From: Octopus bimaculoides
Taxonomy: Eukaryota
Assembly (NCBI RefSeq): GCF_001194135.2
Contig: NC_068983.1
Location: 79,904,578-79,968,577 of the forward strand
DNA: 64,000 bases
Direction of reading: 5' to 3'
The notes under the pieces were generated by a model, which had not been told where the DNA came from, ran no database searches, and saw only the letters and a program-made list of their open reading frames with translations. Shown here in pieces: positions 13,701 to 26,315 of the stretch. Numbering within the stretch: position 1 is the first letter of the stretch; every line of letters begins with the position of its first letter. Made by a program: the position numbers and the translations under genes.

Positions 13701-15859
13701 GAAATGATGTTTGTTGTAGATATATCTTTAATGAGGTATGTAGAATTTAACTTTTAATGTGATTCATGAAAGATCAATTCAAATGCAATGTTTTGATAGA
13801 GTCCACGCTTTTGTCTTGTAAATTCTCTACTTTATTGATCTTCACAGGAATATCTTACAAGGAAAAATTACAATATTTTCACTGTGATGTTAGAAAGAGT
13901 TACCAATCACTTTACAATTAATGCATTTGATATTCATTTTTTGATTTAATCCATTTTATCACAATTTTTCTACTAGCTTTAAAAAATACTTTCTTTTGTC
14001 CATCGCAGTGCACTGTCTAGTTCTTTTTGCTGATGCAAACCACAACATACTTCTCAATTTGATCATATCCAAATACTTTCATTCTAATAGGTCTCACATT
14101 TTCCTTTTACCATAGCTATATTTTTTTATTCTCCAATGGTGTATTACTTAATAACTGGTGACAAGAAAGGCTCTTTATTCATGCCAGTATTTTATTATTA
14201 CTATTATTGTTATTATTAAAAGTAACACTAAGCTGACATACAGGTAGAGCTGTAATCAATATTTTATGTTACTGAATACAATGCCTCCCTATTTTGAAAT
14301 TAGATTCCTTACTACTTGATTTAACATACAATCCATTCAGTGTTGATGTACTACAAATATACTAGTGATGATCAACAAAAAGAAATTAATTCTTTTTCCA
14401 TAGTCATATCGCCCATATATTCAGATATTGCAGATCAAAAAAGATTTAGGAAGCCTGAAGCAGTTTATGATTCCTATGTTACAGTTGATAGATAGAAAAA
14501 GAAAGTTTGTAGTCAAATAAGTGTAAAAAGAGCTTAAAGGAATATACAAGTAGCTGTCCAATTCAGATATCAACACAATACTCATTTCTGGAAGGAAAAG
14601 AAAAATCTTCCAACAATAACTGTGAAAATTAAAACCTTGTTATTTATAAAGCTGTAAAAGATGCTTATATATCTAATTAAATCAGTTAAAGCATATCTTC
14701 ACATTACTGATGTAATTTGTGAGACCATAAAGTACCAGTAACATTTTGTTCACAAACTTAGAATGCTGGGTCATTTTAGCTTTGAGCCTAATGTAGTGAT
14801 TCAGTAGTTACATTTCTTTTATCTATAGTTTTCCTCTCAGTTTAACCAGTAGACTGATTCTCTAAGTCACTCTGCAAATCAAAATTGTGTAAATCAAGTG
14901 AAATAAATGTTTGATGATATTATCAATAATAGGAAAAAAAATATGTAAACAATTATTCAAATGGAAATAAATAAATTGATTATCATGTCTGTTTTCTCTT
15001 TGTCCATATTTATTTCTACACTGATTTAAGAATTTTTGTTGTTCCATAACTTAGTGGTTCAAAGACAGTCACCGAACACATTACAACATAAAACTAATGT
15101 GATTCACTTTAAGTTAGATGCTTTTTTTTTTTACTGTTTTATATATAAATGTTCTCCTTAGTATTTTCTTGCAGAATAGACTGGTTCCATCTGCATAAAA
15201 GATTTGTTTAAAGAATTTAGAACTTTCTATTATTTCTGCTAATTGTGGTACACATTCTTGTACAGTTTTTTTATTACTTGATCCACTTTCAAAATGCAAT
15301 TTTATATTGTGGGAAAAACCTCAATTATTAGATTTTTCAACTCATCTTTTACTATTCCTAAATCTTAGACTGTAGTCTATCAGCTGCTTAAGTCATAGTG
15401 TTAATTTCATTGAAATTCTGTTTTTGTCATATAGCAAACATGTCTACAGGCAGTCCTTTTAGGGTTTTATCTTCTGTCCATAACAGCATCTGTGTGTGTA
15501 TTTTGAAAGTTGTGACAACACAGGTTCTGATTTCTTTCTTTTTGTTACTGTAACTGTTCTAACTATTGTTTCATTTATATATGTTTTGAAGTTGATTTAA
15601 TATTGTAGATTTCACTTTTTTTATCCAGTTTTAGATCTGACATTTTGAAACTGTTATTCAGTCTCAAAAATATTTAACAAAATATAAAAAAATAAGGCTA
15701 ATATAGCATACCTCAATAAACTCATTATCAAAGCAGTTAAGTGAAAGAAGGAAACAATGAAGTGGTATTTCTGAAAGACATATGTTAAAAAGAAAAAAAG
15801 GATCAACAGTGTTAAAGTGAAACCATGCAAATTGAGTATAACGTAAACTGAGGAACAGC

Positions 15860-16050
15860 AAAATTAATTTTGATTTCAAATTTTGGTACAAGGCCAGCAA
15901 TTTCAGGGGAGAAAGTAGGTTGATTACATCAACCCCAGTCTTCAACTGATACTTATTTTATTGACCCCAAAAGGATGAAAGTAGAGTTGACTTTGACAAC
16001 ATTTGAACTCAGAACATAAAGATGGACGAAATGTCAGCTCACTGCCTTAA
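15860..16050 (-). mobile_element. tRNA-headed SINE (family B)
   Basis: Reverse complement of the 32017 copy: 'ggtacaaggccagcaattt', 'ttgaccccaaaaggatgaaag', 'tttgaactcagaac'. Confidence 0.85.
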
Positions 16051-16064
16051 CAACAGAATATTAA

Positions 16065-17285
16065 ATTTAATAATTCATCATCATCATCTGTTGTCCATGC
16101 TGGCATGGGTTGGACGGTTTGACCATGGCTGGAAAGCTGGAAGGCTGCACCAGACTCCAGTCTAATTTGGAATAGTTTCTACAGCTGGATGCCCTTCCCA
16201 ATGTCAACCACTCTGAGAGTGTAATGGGTGCTTTTATGTGCCACCAGCACCATTTGCATGACACTGGTATCTGCCATGACTGCGATTTTGCTTGGCTTGA
16301 TAGGTCTGCTTCTCAAGCATGACATAATGTTAAAGGTTTCGCTCATTGCCTCCATGAGGCCCAACACTCGAAAGTAGCTCAGCAACTTTGCCTCTGTGAG
16401 GCCCAACGCATGAAAGGTGCTTTTTATGTGCCAGCTACATGACACCATCATCAGTCATGACTATGACTTCACTTGGCCTAACGGGTCTTCTCAAAGATCT
16501 TGATCACTAGTTATTGCCTCTGTGAGGCTCAAAGTTTGAAGATCATGCTTTATCACTTTGTCCAGTGTCTTCTTGGGTCTACCTCTACCACAGGTTCCCT
16601 CCACAGTTAGAGTTTGGCTCTTCTTTACACAGCTTTTCTTGTCCATATGCATCACATGACCATACCAGCACCATCATCTCTCTTGCACACCACATCTGAT
16701 GCCTCTTATGCCTAACTTTTCTCTCAAGATACGCTCTGTCAAACATGCACACTGACATTGCACATCCAGCAAAGCATACTAGCTTCATTTCTTTCAAGCC
16801 TACACATGTCATCGGCTGTAACAGCCCATGTTTCACTGCCATGTAGTATAGCTGTTTTACACATAAGCATCATACGATCTGCCTTTCACTCTGAGAGAGA
16901 GCCCTTTGTTGCCAGCAAAGGTAGAAGCTCTCTGAACTTTGCCCAGCTTAATCTTATTCTCACAGCTATGCTCTTGGAGCATCCACCTCCACTACTAGCT
17001 TGGTCACCTAGATAATGGAAGCTATCTACTACCTCTAGCTTACTCTCCTGGAGTTGATGGAATCTATTTTCTGTACATTTTCTGTGTTTATTGTATCTGT
17101 GCAACTTCCACATACAAAAGCTATTTTCCCTGTTAACCTTCCTCTGATATTGCTGCACCTTTTATGTGTCCAAAGCTTACACCAAGTGCATCTTATGGAG
17201 TTTCTATCTACACCTCTTCTACAGATCAAACAGGGCCATCTACCTGAAGGGACTCGTGATTTGTCTGCCTTTTTACTTACTATTA
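16065..17285 (-). mobile_element. 5'-truncated RTE LINE (ORF2 C-terminal third, 3' UTR, (GAT)n tail)
   Basis: ORF pieces CRRGVDRNSIRCTWCKLWTHKRCS..FVCGSC, LEVVDSFHYLGD..SSGGGCS..RIRLSWAKFRELLPLL; 3' UTR carries GGCACATAAAAAGCACC modules; tail at about 16070-16090. Confidence 0.92.
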
Positions 17286-17744
17286 AATCTAATAATTATT
17301 TGAGAGAAATTGAGTAGTCTCTAGGAATGTTTCTATGAGCATTCAGTTCAGTCTCATCCCAGATGTTTGCTTCTTGTTCTCAAACTTTTTATCTTTGAGA
17401 CTCGTTATCAGAATACTATTAGCATTGCTGAGGAATTATTGACACTGATGATGGAACAAGATATACAACACATCTTGATATATGTGTAACTTCTATATGA
17501 CAGATGATATTAATGATGTTTGGGGGAAAAAGTTTACATTTTTATTAGGAGTTGAAATGAATGATACTGCATTAAAGTGAATACTTTACATTATCTATGT
17601 TTCATATCTCTTATAGTCTTGTTCAAATTCAAATGAAGTTGAGCTTGCTTTTCCTTCTCTTGTGTGTGATGAAGAGAATATTGCAATCTGTTGATATCCA
17701 TTCAATGAAATAAACTATATCTACTTGCAAAATGGACTAGAATA

Positions 17745-18015
17745 TTTGGCTTAGGCGAAATAAATTGGTAACTCCAAAATGATGGCACATAAAAGACACC
17801 ATTTCGAGTGTGGCCGTTTTCGTGCAGGTGACACGTAAAAGCACCCACTACACTCTGCGTGGTTGGCGTTAGGAAGGGCATCCAGCTGTAGAAACTCTGC
17901 CAAATTAGATTGGAGCCTGGTGTTGCCATCCGGTTTCACCAGTCCTCAGTCAAATCGTCCAACCCATGCAAGCATGGAAGGCGGACGTTAAACGATGATG
18001 ATGATGATGATGATG
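17745..18015 (+). mobile_element. Young, CpG-rich RTE-type 3' end with (GAT)n tail
   Basis: 'gtggttggcgttaggaagggcatccagctgtagaaac...catggaaggcggacgttaaacgatgatgat'; keeps CpGs that are TG/CA in other copies. 5' boundary approximate. Confidence 0.88.
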
Positions 18016-18589
18016 TATATCAAAAATATATGAAACAATCATAATTTTTATATGAGAGAATGATTAACAGGTGTGTAGAAGTATCAAACATGTGTATGAC
18101 ATGGGTTTTAACCAAATGGGTTTAGAAGCAGAATTTAACAAACACCAATATTGGCAGAGAAGTAGCTTTGTTTCATATTCTGGAATAAACTTGGCAGAAA
18201 TTCAAAAGGAAATGAAAGGAAACAAATTCACAAAGGGTTTCCTTCTGTGAAGATAAGGCAAACTATATGAAGCAATCATTGTTAAAGTTTTACAGATTGC
18301 TAAATTTTTCCGTATTTTCATTTTCATGGAATTGCAATCTTTGAGAATTAGCTGGTGTTTTATTCCAGAATATATACATTCTGGTTTTGAGATCAGAATC
18401 TTTATGTCTAAGTGCATGAAAAGTTATTAGAATATTTTAATGGAATTTTAAATCAAATACATTACTAATAGCAGCCACTGTAAGCTTAAATTGGTCAAAT
18501 AAGTTTAGTGACTAGGTTATTTGCATACACTGCATGTACACACACATATTCACACACACCATCATTCTTTATCAATAGTGAGACTCTAA

Positions 18590-18910
18590 CAAACTGTTTG
18601 GTTAAGAAGTTCACTTCCTATCCATGTGGTTTGTCTCACTCCTACTGTGCAGCATCTTCTATATCCTGAGGCTAACCAAATCTTTGCTCTTCTTTGAAAT
18701 CATTGAGCTAGAAGCAGTGTCATTGTTGTTGTTACTCCAGTCAACGAATTGTTTGCTGGCTTTGGGCTTTGAAAGACATGTAGAATAAGAGATCCATTAC
18801 TTGAAAAACAGGTGATAGTCAGTGACAAGAAGGAAGCTCACCTCTAAAAACAATGCTTGGACGATATATTCATGAAGCCCATGCTAACATTAGAAAGAAA
18901 CATAAAACCA
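18590..18910 (+). mobile_element. Degenerate SINE family A-like copy
   Basis: 'tggttaagaagttcacttcctatccatgtggtt', 'ggctaaccaa', and a tail block 'ttacttgaaaaacaggtga..gtgacaagaagg...ccatgctaacatt'. Confidence 0.55.
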
Positions 18911-18981
18911 AGCAAACAAGTGTAACAGGATTTCCTTTCTCAAACTATGTTTAGTATTTCCCAGTTTTGATATTTCTTTAG

Positions 18982-19210
18982 TTTTTTTATTCTTTTACTT
19001 GTTTCAGTCACTTGACTGTGGCCATGCTGGAGCATCACTTTTAGTCAAACAGATCAACCTCAGGACTTATTCTTTATAAGCCTAGTATTTATTCTGTCAA
19101 TCTTTTTGCCAAACTGTTAAGTTACTGGGATGTAAACACACCAACATCGATTGTCAAATAATGGGAGGACAAACACAGACACACAAACATATATATATAT
19201 ACACACAAAC

Positions 19211-19251
<41 letters not shown>

Positions 19252-19423
19252 TACATACATAAGACAGGCTTCTTTCCATTTCCATCTACCAATCAACTCA
19301 AAAGCTTTGGTTGGCCGAATGCTATAGTAGAAGACACTTGCTCAAGGTGCCACACAGTGGGACTGAACCCAGAACCATATGGTTAGGAAGCAAGCTTCTT
19401 ACCACACAGCCATGCCTGCACCT
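18982..19423 (-). mobile_element. Full-length SINE family A with internal microsatellite
   Basis: Minus strand: AGGTGCAGGCATGGCTGTGTGGTAAG (A-box-like), GGGTTCAGTCCC (B-box-like), body, (TA/TG)n at 19190-19260, then a tail ending 'ccagcatggccacagtcaagtgactgaaacaagtaaaagaataaaaaa'. Confidence 0.88.
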
Positions 19424-19573
19424 CTTTATTAAAGCTTTCAACTTTATTCTATATTGACTCCCATAGCCTTTAAACATGCAACTATATTTTTTATTAAAGA
19501 TAGTGTTCTTTAGTTTGTACCATTACTGGATAGGTTTTGCTCAAGAGAGAAAATGTTTAAGAGTTATATGACA

Positions 19574-19638
19574 TAGGCGCAGACATGGCTGTGTGGTAAT
19601 CATATGGTTCCAGGTTCAGTCCTTCTGTGTGGCACCTT

Positions 19639-19680
<42 letters not shown>
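19574..19680 (+). mobile_element. Truncated SINE family A head followed by (TA)n
   Basis: 'aggcgcagacatggctgtgtggtaa..catatggttccaggttcagtcc..gtgtggcaccttg', with an internal deletion relative to the 19423 copy. Confidence 0.75.
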
Positions 19681-19681
<1 letters not shown>

Positions 19682-20033
19682 AAAGAGACCACAAAGTGGA
19701 CTGCTAATGTGCTAGAAGAAGATCACTTAAAAGTTCTCAAAGAAAAATTCAGCAAAGCAAAAACATACGGGCAAGACTAGTGAAAATTATAGAAATAAAT
19801 AGGTTATCTGTAGACCATGGTTTCGAAATCAATACTTTCTTACCGAAAATATCTGTTTCTCTGAAATATCTGTTTTATATATACATATACAATAACCCTT
19901 TTGAGATCTCAGAAAATTTTTTCTGAATCTTCTGATTCTTTTAATGTGCTGGTTTCCTGGTATTAAATTGATATTAATTAATATCAAATTTTTTACCCTA
20001 TTATTTTAATTATATATATATATATATATATAT

Positions 20034-20615
20034 NNNNNNNNNNNNNNNNNNNNNNNNNNNNNNNNNNNNNNNNNNNNNNNNNNNNNNNNNNNNNNNNNNN
20101 NNNNNNNNNNNNNNNNNNNNNNNNNNNNNNNNNNNNNNNNNNNNNNNNNNNNNNNNNNNNNNNNNNNNNNNNNNNNNNNNNNNNNNNNNNNNNNNNNNNN
20201 NNNNNNNNNNNNNNNNNNNNNNNNNNNNNNNNNNNNNNNNNNNNNNNNNNNNNNNNNNNNNNNNNNNNNNNNNNNNNNNNNNNNNNNNNNNNNNNNNNNN
20301 NNNNNNNNNNNNNNNNNNNNNNNNNNNNNNNNNNNNNNNNNNNNNNNNNNNNNNNNNNNNNNNNNNNNNNNNNNNNNNNNNNNNNNNNNNNNNNNNNNNN
20401 NNNNNNNNNNNNNNNNNNNNNNNNNNNNNNNNNNNNNNNNNNNNNNNNNNNNNNNNNNNNNNNNNNNNNNNNNNNNNNNNNNNNNNNNNNNNNNNNNNNN
20501 NNNNNNNNNNNNNNNNNNNNNNNNNNNNNNNNNNNNNNNNNNNNNNNNNNNNNNNNNNNNNNNNNNNNNNNNNNNNNNNNNNNNNNNNNNNNNNNNNNNN
20601 NNNNNNNNNNNNNNN
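20034..20615. other. Assembly gap (N run)
   Basis: N run flanked by (TA)n/(TG)n. Confidence 1.
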
Positions 20616-20620
20616 GAACT

Positions 20621-20713
<93 letters not shown>

Positions 20714-20735
20714 ATATATATATATATATATATGT
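20621..20735. repeat. (TA)n/(TG)n compound microsatellite
   Basis: Directly visible. Confidence 0.97.
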
Positions 20736-21194
20736 TTGTGTGTCTAGACAACACCTGATGTTATAATTTCTACATATTGTTATTACATTTTTGCAGCCAG
20801 ACCTTCTCAGTACAGTATAATCATAGTTGATTCTAGTTTAATTGCTGCTTTATGCATATGACAGGATATGATGAGCCAGCTTTTTGTTTCTCAGGAATGC
20901 AATTTTTAGGTGGAAGGGTTCTTTTCTCATTGATGCAGATAATTTTTTTAATGATGTGTTAGGCATTTTACAAGTTCTTTCCTGACACTCTACAAGTTCT
21001 TAGATATGCAGATTTAGTGTGGAGTCCTTCACAGTTGATTATCAATGTGTGAACTTTCTAACATCTGGTTCTTTTCTTTGCACTCATATATCAAGGAATG
21101 GCACTTTATTACTATGTTTCTTTTATAAAGTAAATAAATCAAATCAGTTGCTAAGTTTCTATGATCTTGTAGAACTCATAAAATTCAAAGAAGC

Positions 21195-21196
21195 TT

Positions 21197-21246
<50 letters not shown>

Positions 21247-21262
21247 AACACACACACACAGT
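21195..21262. repeat. (TA)n/(TG)n/(CA)n microsatellite
   Basis: Directly visible. Confidence 0.95.
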
Positions 21263-21785
21263 GATATTGCATAGGCTGGGCCACAAGAACAGTTACCCTA
21301 AATGTAAAATTCTTGGGGTGTAAAATTTCAAAAGAGATATGAAATGAAATAGTAATAATGAATATGCAATAGAATGCACATCATTTATAAATAATGATTC
21401 TGCATTTAAATCCAGCCTGTGACAATATGCATATTTAAGAATCCAGTTCAGATTATTAATAGAGATAGAAACAAACAAAATATCACATAAATGAATAAAA
21501 ACACAAAAGGTCAAGTTTTCATAGAAAACTACATTTATCATCATAACACATCACTGAATTTTAGACATGCTGCAAGCACATGTGCACACACATACACACA
21601 TGATGTCACAATGTATGTGTTAAAAATGCAGTTTTCTGTAATGAGTACAGAATGCTGGGAGTTGAATGTCTGCAGAATCTAGTATTTCAACTTCGAAGAA
21701 AGTTTGAGCGCTATAAACATTTCTAACGTTGATTCAAGGTTACAAATGTGTGTAGTTGATTAAATTGTCCTAAGAATGTTACTGG

Positions 21786-22040
21786 TGGAGGTGAATGACT
21801 TAGTGGTTAGGGTGTTGGACTCATGATCATATAATTATGGTTTCAATTCTTTGATCAGGCAATGCATTATGTTCTTGAGCAAAACACTTCATTTTACATT
21901 GCTCCAGTTCACTCAGCTAGCAAAAATGAGTAATTCTATGATGGACTTGAATCCCAGCCAGGGTAGACTATATACATCAGCTAAACCAGGAAGTCAGTGT
22001 TATGAATCTATATGACTTGGGAAGGTGCTTTATCTTTTAT
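21786..22040 (+). mobile_element. tRNA-headed SINE with CORE/V-like central block (family D)
   Basis: Head 'gacttagtggttagggtgttggactcatgatc..ggtttcaattc', then 'gttcttgagcaaaacacttcattttacattgctccagttcactcagct', typical of conserved-domain SINEs. The exact superfamily is not resolved by eye. Confidence 0.75.
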
Positions 22041-25000
22041 TACATTTTACTGGTACATTTTTTAAGCCCAGAAGCTAGTCATCCCTAACAGGATTTGTGT
22101 GTCAAACAGATATGTCTGATACTGTTTCTAATACACTACCATTTACATGTATAAATACATGCCTACATATAAGCATGCATACATATATACATATATGCTT
22201 GATGGAATGTACTACAAATACAGGTGAAAGTTAATGATATTTAAGGAAAAGTAGATAGTCAGGTTTGACCTGAAAATATTGGTTCTCAAAGGTGACACAG
22301 GATCATAATGTGCCAAAAAATTGTAGATTTCCTAACAGATCCAACACATACCTGTATGAAAAAAAGCAGCATGATGTCATACATTTGTAAATTACTCAAG
22401 ACATGCGGGACAGTTTTGAGATGCGCCATTGTACTGAAATATATAATGAAAGAATGACTACCATACAGAAACAAAATTGTGTTCAGTTTTTTTTTGTATT
22501 TTTTCTGAGTTGTTTTTCATGCTGTCACAACACCTCCCAGTTTGAAAGACAGCAACAAAAGTTTTATTATCCTATTTCTCTTGAAAAGTTTTCATCTGGT
22601 TTCTATGTTATCAGTCAATGTTGAAGATATTTTAGCCTCTCCTACTCCTCAATGCCTTCATGCATCATGTTAGTTTGAAATGTTTTATAACCTTCTCTTC
22701 TCTGCTTCTGGATATCAAAATCTGTGTCAGATAAAACTGCATTGCTGTTTCATAATTCCTTTTAAATTTCTTTGTGCATTTGTAGATCTTTTTTGAGAAC
22801 ATTTTATTCTGATGGTATTGCAAATGACATTGTCAACTCTGATTGAAGAGATTTTCTTTTTGCTTTTAGGTTTCATATTTTTCAAGATGTTGTCAGCTAA
22901 TCTAAATGAAAAGGGTTATATGAATACAAACATTCCTAGTTTGAATGACTAATGTAGGGAAACCTGAAAAACTCAAGTTTTTTTTTATTAATGTATTATA
23001 TTTGTTAAAAATGAAAGGGATGCTACTTCCATAATTTTAGCATACTGTGTCCTAAAACATTTTCTTTGTTATCGCCAGCCATAAAAAGTTTCAATTATAT
23101 GATTATGTTTAAAGAAGGAAAGCTATAGACTTCAAAAATCAGCTCAGTATTTTGATATACTACACATTTTTTTATTATTTTTCTCTTTTTATCAATTACA
23201 TATTGAACTATCAATTCCCAAATGTTAAAATATAAAATCATTGTATCAGCTGAACTTTTAAAGTATAGCAGCTAATGACATTGATCACATGACCACTCCT
23301 AGGAACTTTCACTATAAATCTTTCAGACAGCTTTAAAAAAATGAAGAACTCAATCTCTTTATTTGTACTCACTATCAATTCTGTTTTGAATTGGAAGTGC
23401 AGTTCTTACTTTATAATGCAATTTACTTTGCAAGAACTTTACAAGCACATCTTACCTTGATTGTTATAACCTAAACATTGTACTTAATGTCCTTTAAATA
23501 AAATAGTTTATCCTATCAACTCAACATTGCAGATTTTCATGAATCCAACTATTTCCAATATTAAATCTAGAGTTTCCAGGATATGTAATATAATTTTAAA
23601 TACTTGTGTGCAAGTAATATGTGAGAAAATAATTTCAGAGTTAATTGTCACTTTTAAAGCAATTATTTAATTTCTTGAATGTCTGTTAGATTGCACATTG
23701 AGCAAAGACTGCACACTTGATTCTTTTAGTTATTAATCATAATAAATCAGAATTTAATGAAAAATAGTTAATGTAATTAGTTGTTACTTTTTAATCTGGG
23801 CAGAAGGGAAGTACAATGAACATTAAATGTCTCCAGACTGGTCAGATTGTTGCTATTTATGTTCAGCCTGAATTGTTTTCAAGTTGATTACTGTGATGGG
23901 GAACAAAAGGAAAGAGATAGTTTGTAGTGAAGAAAATGTGTCGGGAAATGTGTTTGGTGTGTAATTTTACAAGGCAGACACAGTCTTGTAAGACTACACA
24001 CAATTAGGAGAATATCTGGAGGATATTGAAATGCAGATAATTTTTTTACTACATTTCTGGATAAATATTTCTCAATCAGACAACAGACATTTCCCTCATT
24101 CCTCCCTTATATATGGTCTAGAATATTGAATGTATAACAGATTCTCTGTCTTAACATTGTGCCATGTTTAAAGTCATGAACTGCTCAAAAGTAAAGTAGT
24201 TCCTGACAATCTTTAAAGAGAAGGTCTTGTAGGGTTTGTGACTTTTAGTGAGTCTGTGGGCTTTAGCTGAGTGTTCATGACTAGTATTGAGATTTTTTCC
24301 ATGCTATGATTGTATTCTGATGCTGCTAGAGAAGATCAAGTTCTTATGTTCTTCTGGCTCAACATGTTTAAGTTGTCTATTCTTGGAAACATAGAATTGA
24401 GAAGTGAAGGGTAATATCATGTGTATTATTATGTGCTTAACTAGAAATAGCAGTAAGTCACTGTGTGAGGGATTGAAGAGTGTTGGAAACCTGAGCCTGG
24501 GTATTAGCAGGCATTATGGAAATTATGATGGCCATCATTTAGGGAGACAAAAACTAAAAATGATGGAGGAGGTGGTGACTTACACCTGCTTCCATCATCT
24601 TTGAGATATTGGAAGTCAGAGTAATAGATTATTAGGTGACTGAAAAAGAGAGATGTTCTTTCAGGAATAAGACATATTAATGCATGTTTCTTAAATTGTG
24701 ATAGATACCTATAAAGAGAGAAAGATTACCAGGTTTACTGAGGAAAGAAGCCAATTTAGAACTCATTATTTGCAAATATTGGAGTGAATGGAGCAAAGCT
24801 GATAGAAAAAAATACCTTCTACTTGGTGATTATGTTTGTGTGTATGAGAGAGAGAGAGGGGGAGTATGGTGGGAGTGTGAAAGCGATCAGTTCAGAAGTT
24901 GTTTCTGCCATATTTCTTGCTATTAAGGATGCCAGAAACTAACTTTGCATACTTAAGACCAAAGGTTACCATTTTCAGAGTTAATTTTAATCCCATGTCT

Positions 25001-25244
25001 TAATACTGTAAAAATCAAAGAAAAAAATGACAAAACGACAAATGCAGACTTTAAAAGATCATGTGAAAATTTTGAGACTTTGTATTGCATTTTTCTTTTA
25101 AAACTTTTCAAGTCAAAATTAAGGTTTCTTCTTTGAGATTGAAGTATCCTCATTGTCAGGAAATATACTAATTTATTCATATGACATTACATTAGCTTTA
25201 CATACAATATGATAGGTTTGTGATTTCATTATTAAAACTTTGAA

Positions 25245-25420
25245 GACGACAGTAAACAGGCAGGATTGTAAGCATGTTTAGGTCTTTATACTCTCAGCTC
25301 AAATGCTATCAAGATCAACTTTGCCTCTTGTTCTTTTGAGCACTTAGATCTATGTTATTGGCTTCCCTCTCTTCTCAAAAGATTGCTGGCCTTGTGCCAA
25401 CATTAGAATTATTAAAACTT
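25245..25420 (+). mobile_element. Degenerate SINE family B
   Basis: 'ctcagctcaaatgc..gatcaactttgcct' and the 3' end 'ttgctggccttgtgccaacattagaattatta'. Confidence 0.6.
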
Positions 25421-26315
25421 TGATAGTTTAAGTTAAAATCATCTCTATTTGCTCCATATCAGAATCATTCTTTAATAGTACCATTATAATTCTTTCCTGT
25501 TACATTCTAAGATTTACTTTCAAGTACTTCATTAACATACAGTGAACAAATGTTTGCAAATAGGTTTGACTTTTATGCAATTACTCTCTGTTTTATTTGT
25601 ATTATGTATTAGAGGAATATTTGTATCAACATTAAACTAACACCACCCTAATTTTTTTATGTTTATCCCAGTTGTTAACATTTCAAATTACTCATTCACA
25701 CCATATGCTTTGCTGACCTTAATTATTGCATAAATGCACTAAGTGTATGTATCAATTGTTTATCAGTGTCTCATTCCTTTTCCAGTTAAATACCACAGAT
25801 ACTTATAATTGCTGCTTACAACAATGTACCAAACTACTATTTAAAGTTATTTAGTCATACTTTCTTGATATAACTAAAAAACAACTGGGTTTTGTTATTT
25901 TGTTTGTTTTTTCAAATCTTGGCAGAAAGTTAGGAATTCAAATAAACTTTATGTTTAATCAACAAGTTTTGAATAAAAGTCATAAAAGATACAAGGAAAG
26001 CATAAATTTGGGCTGGTTTTCTTGAAGCTTGTTTTATCCATGGTTATTTCCATTATAAAATCTTACTCTTGTGTAACAAATAAAATTACTTTGATTTAAC
26101 TTCCTTTGTGTCCTTCAGTTAATATCCAGTGTGTGAACATAGCTTTCATTATCTTGGTGAAATTTTTAAACCTTTAGACGTTCATAATTCTGAGATGAGT
26201 GAATTGTCTAGTATGCTACAATCAAACTTTTAATCTCTTATTGTAGTTTGTTTTTTAAAGCTCTGCTTTGATCACTGTGATCTTCAAATGTTTCAGATAC
26301 AATATTTAACATATA

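Noticed and set aside
24180-24700. Purine-rich tracts possibly from old antisense LINEs (also 12060-12420; pyrimidine-rich 45780-46140)
   Set aside because: No diagnostic motif could be read with confidence.
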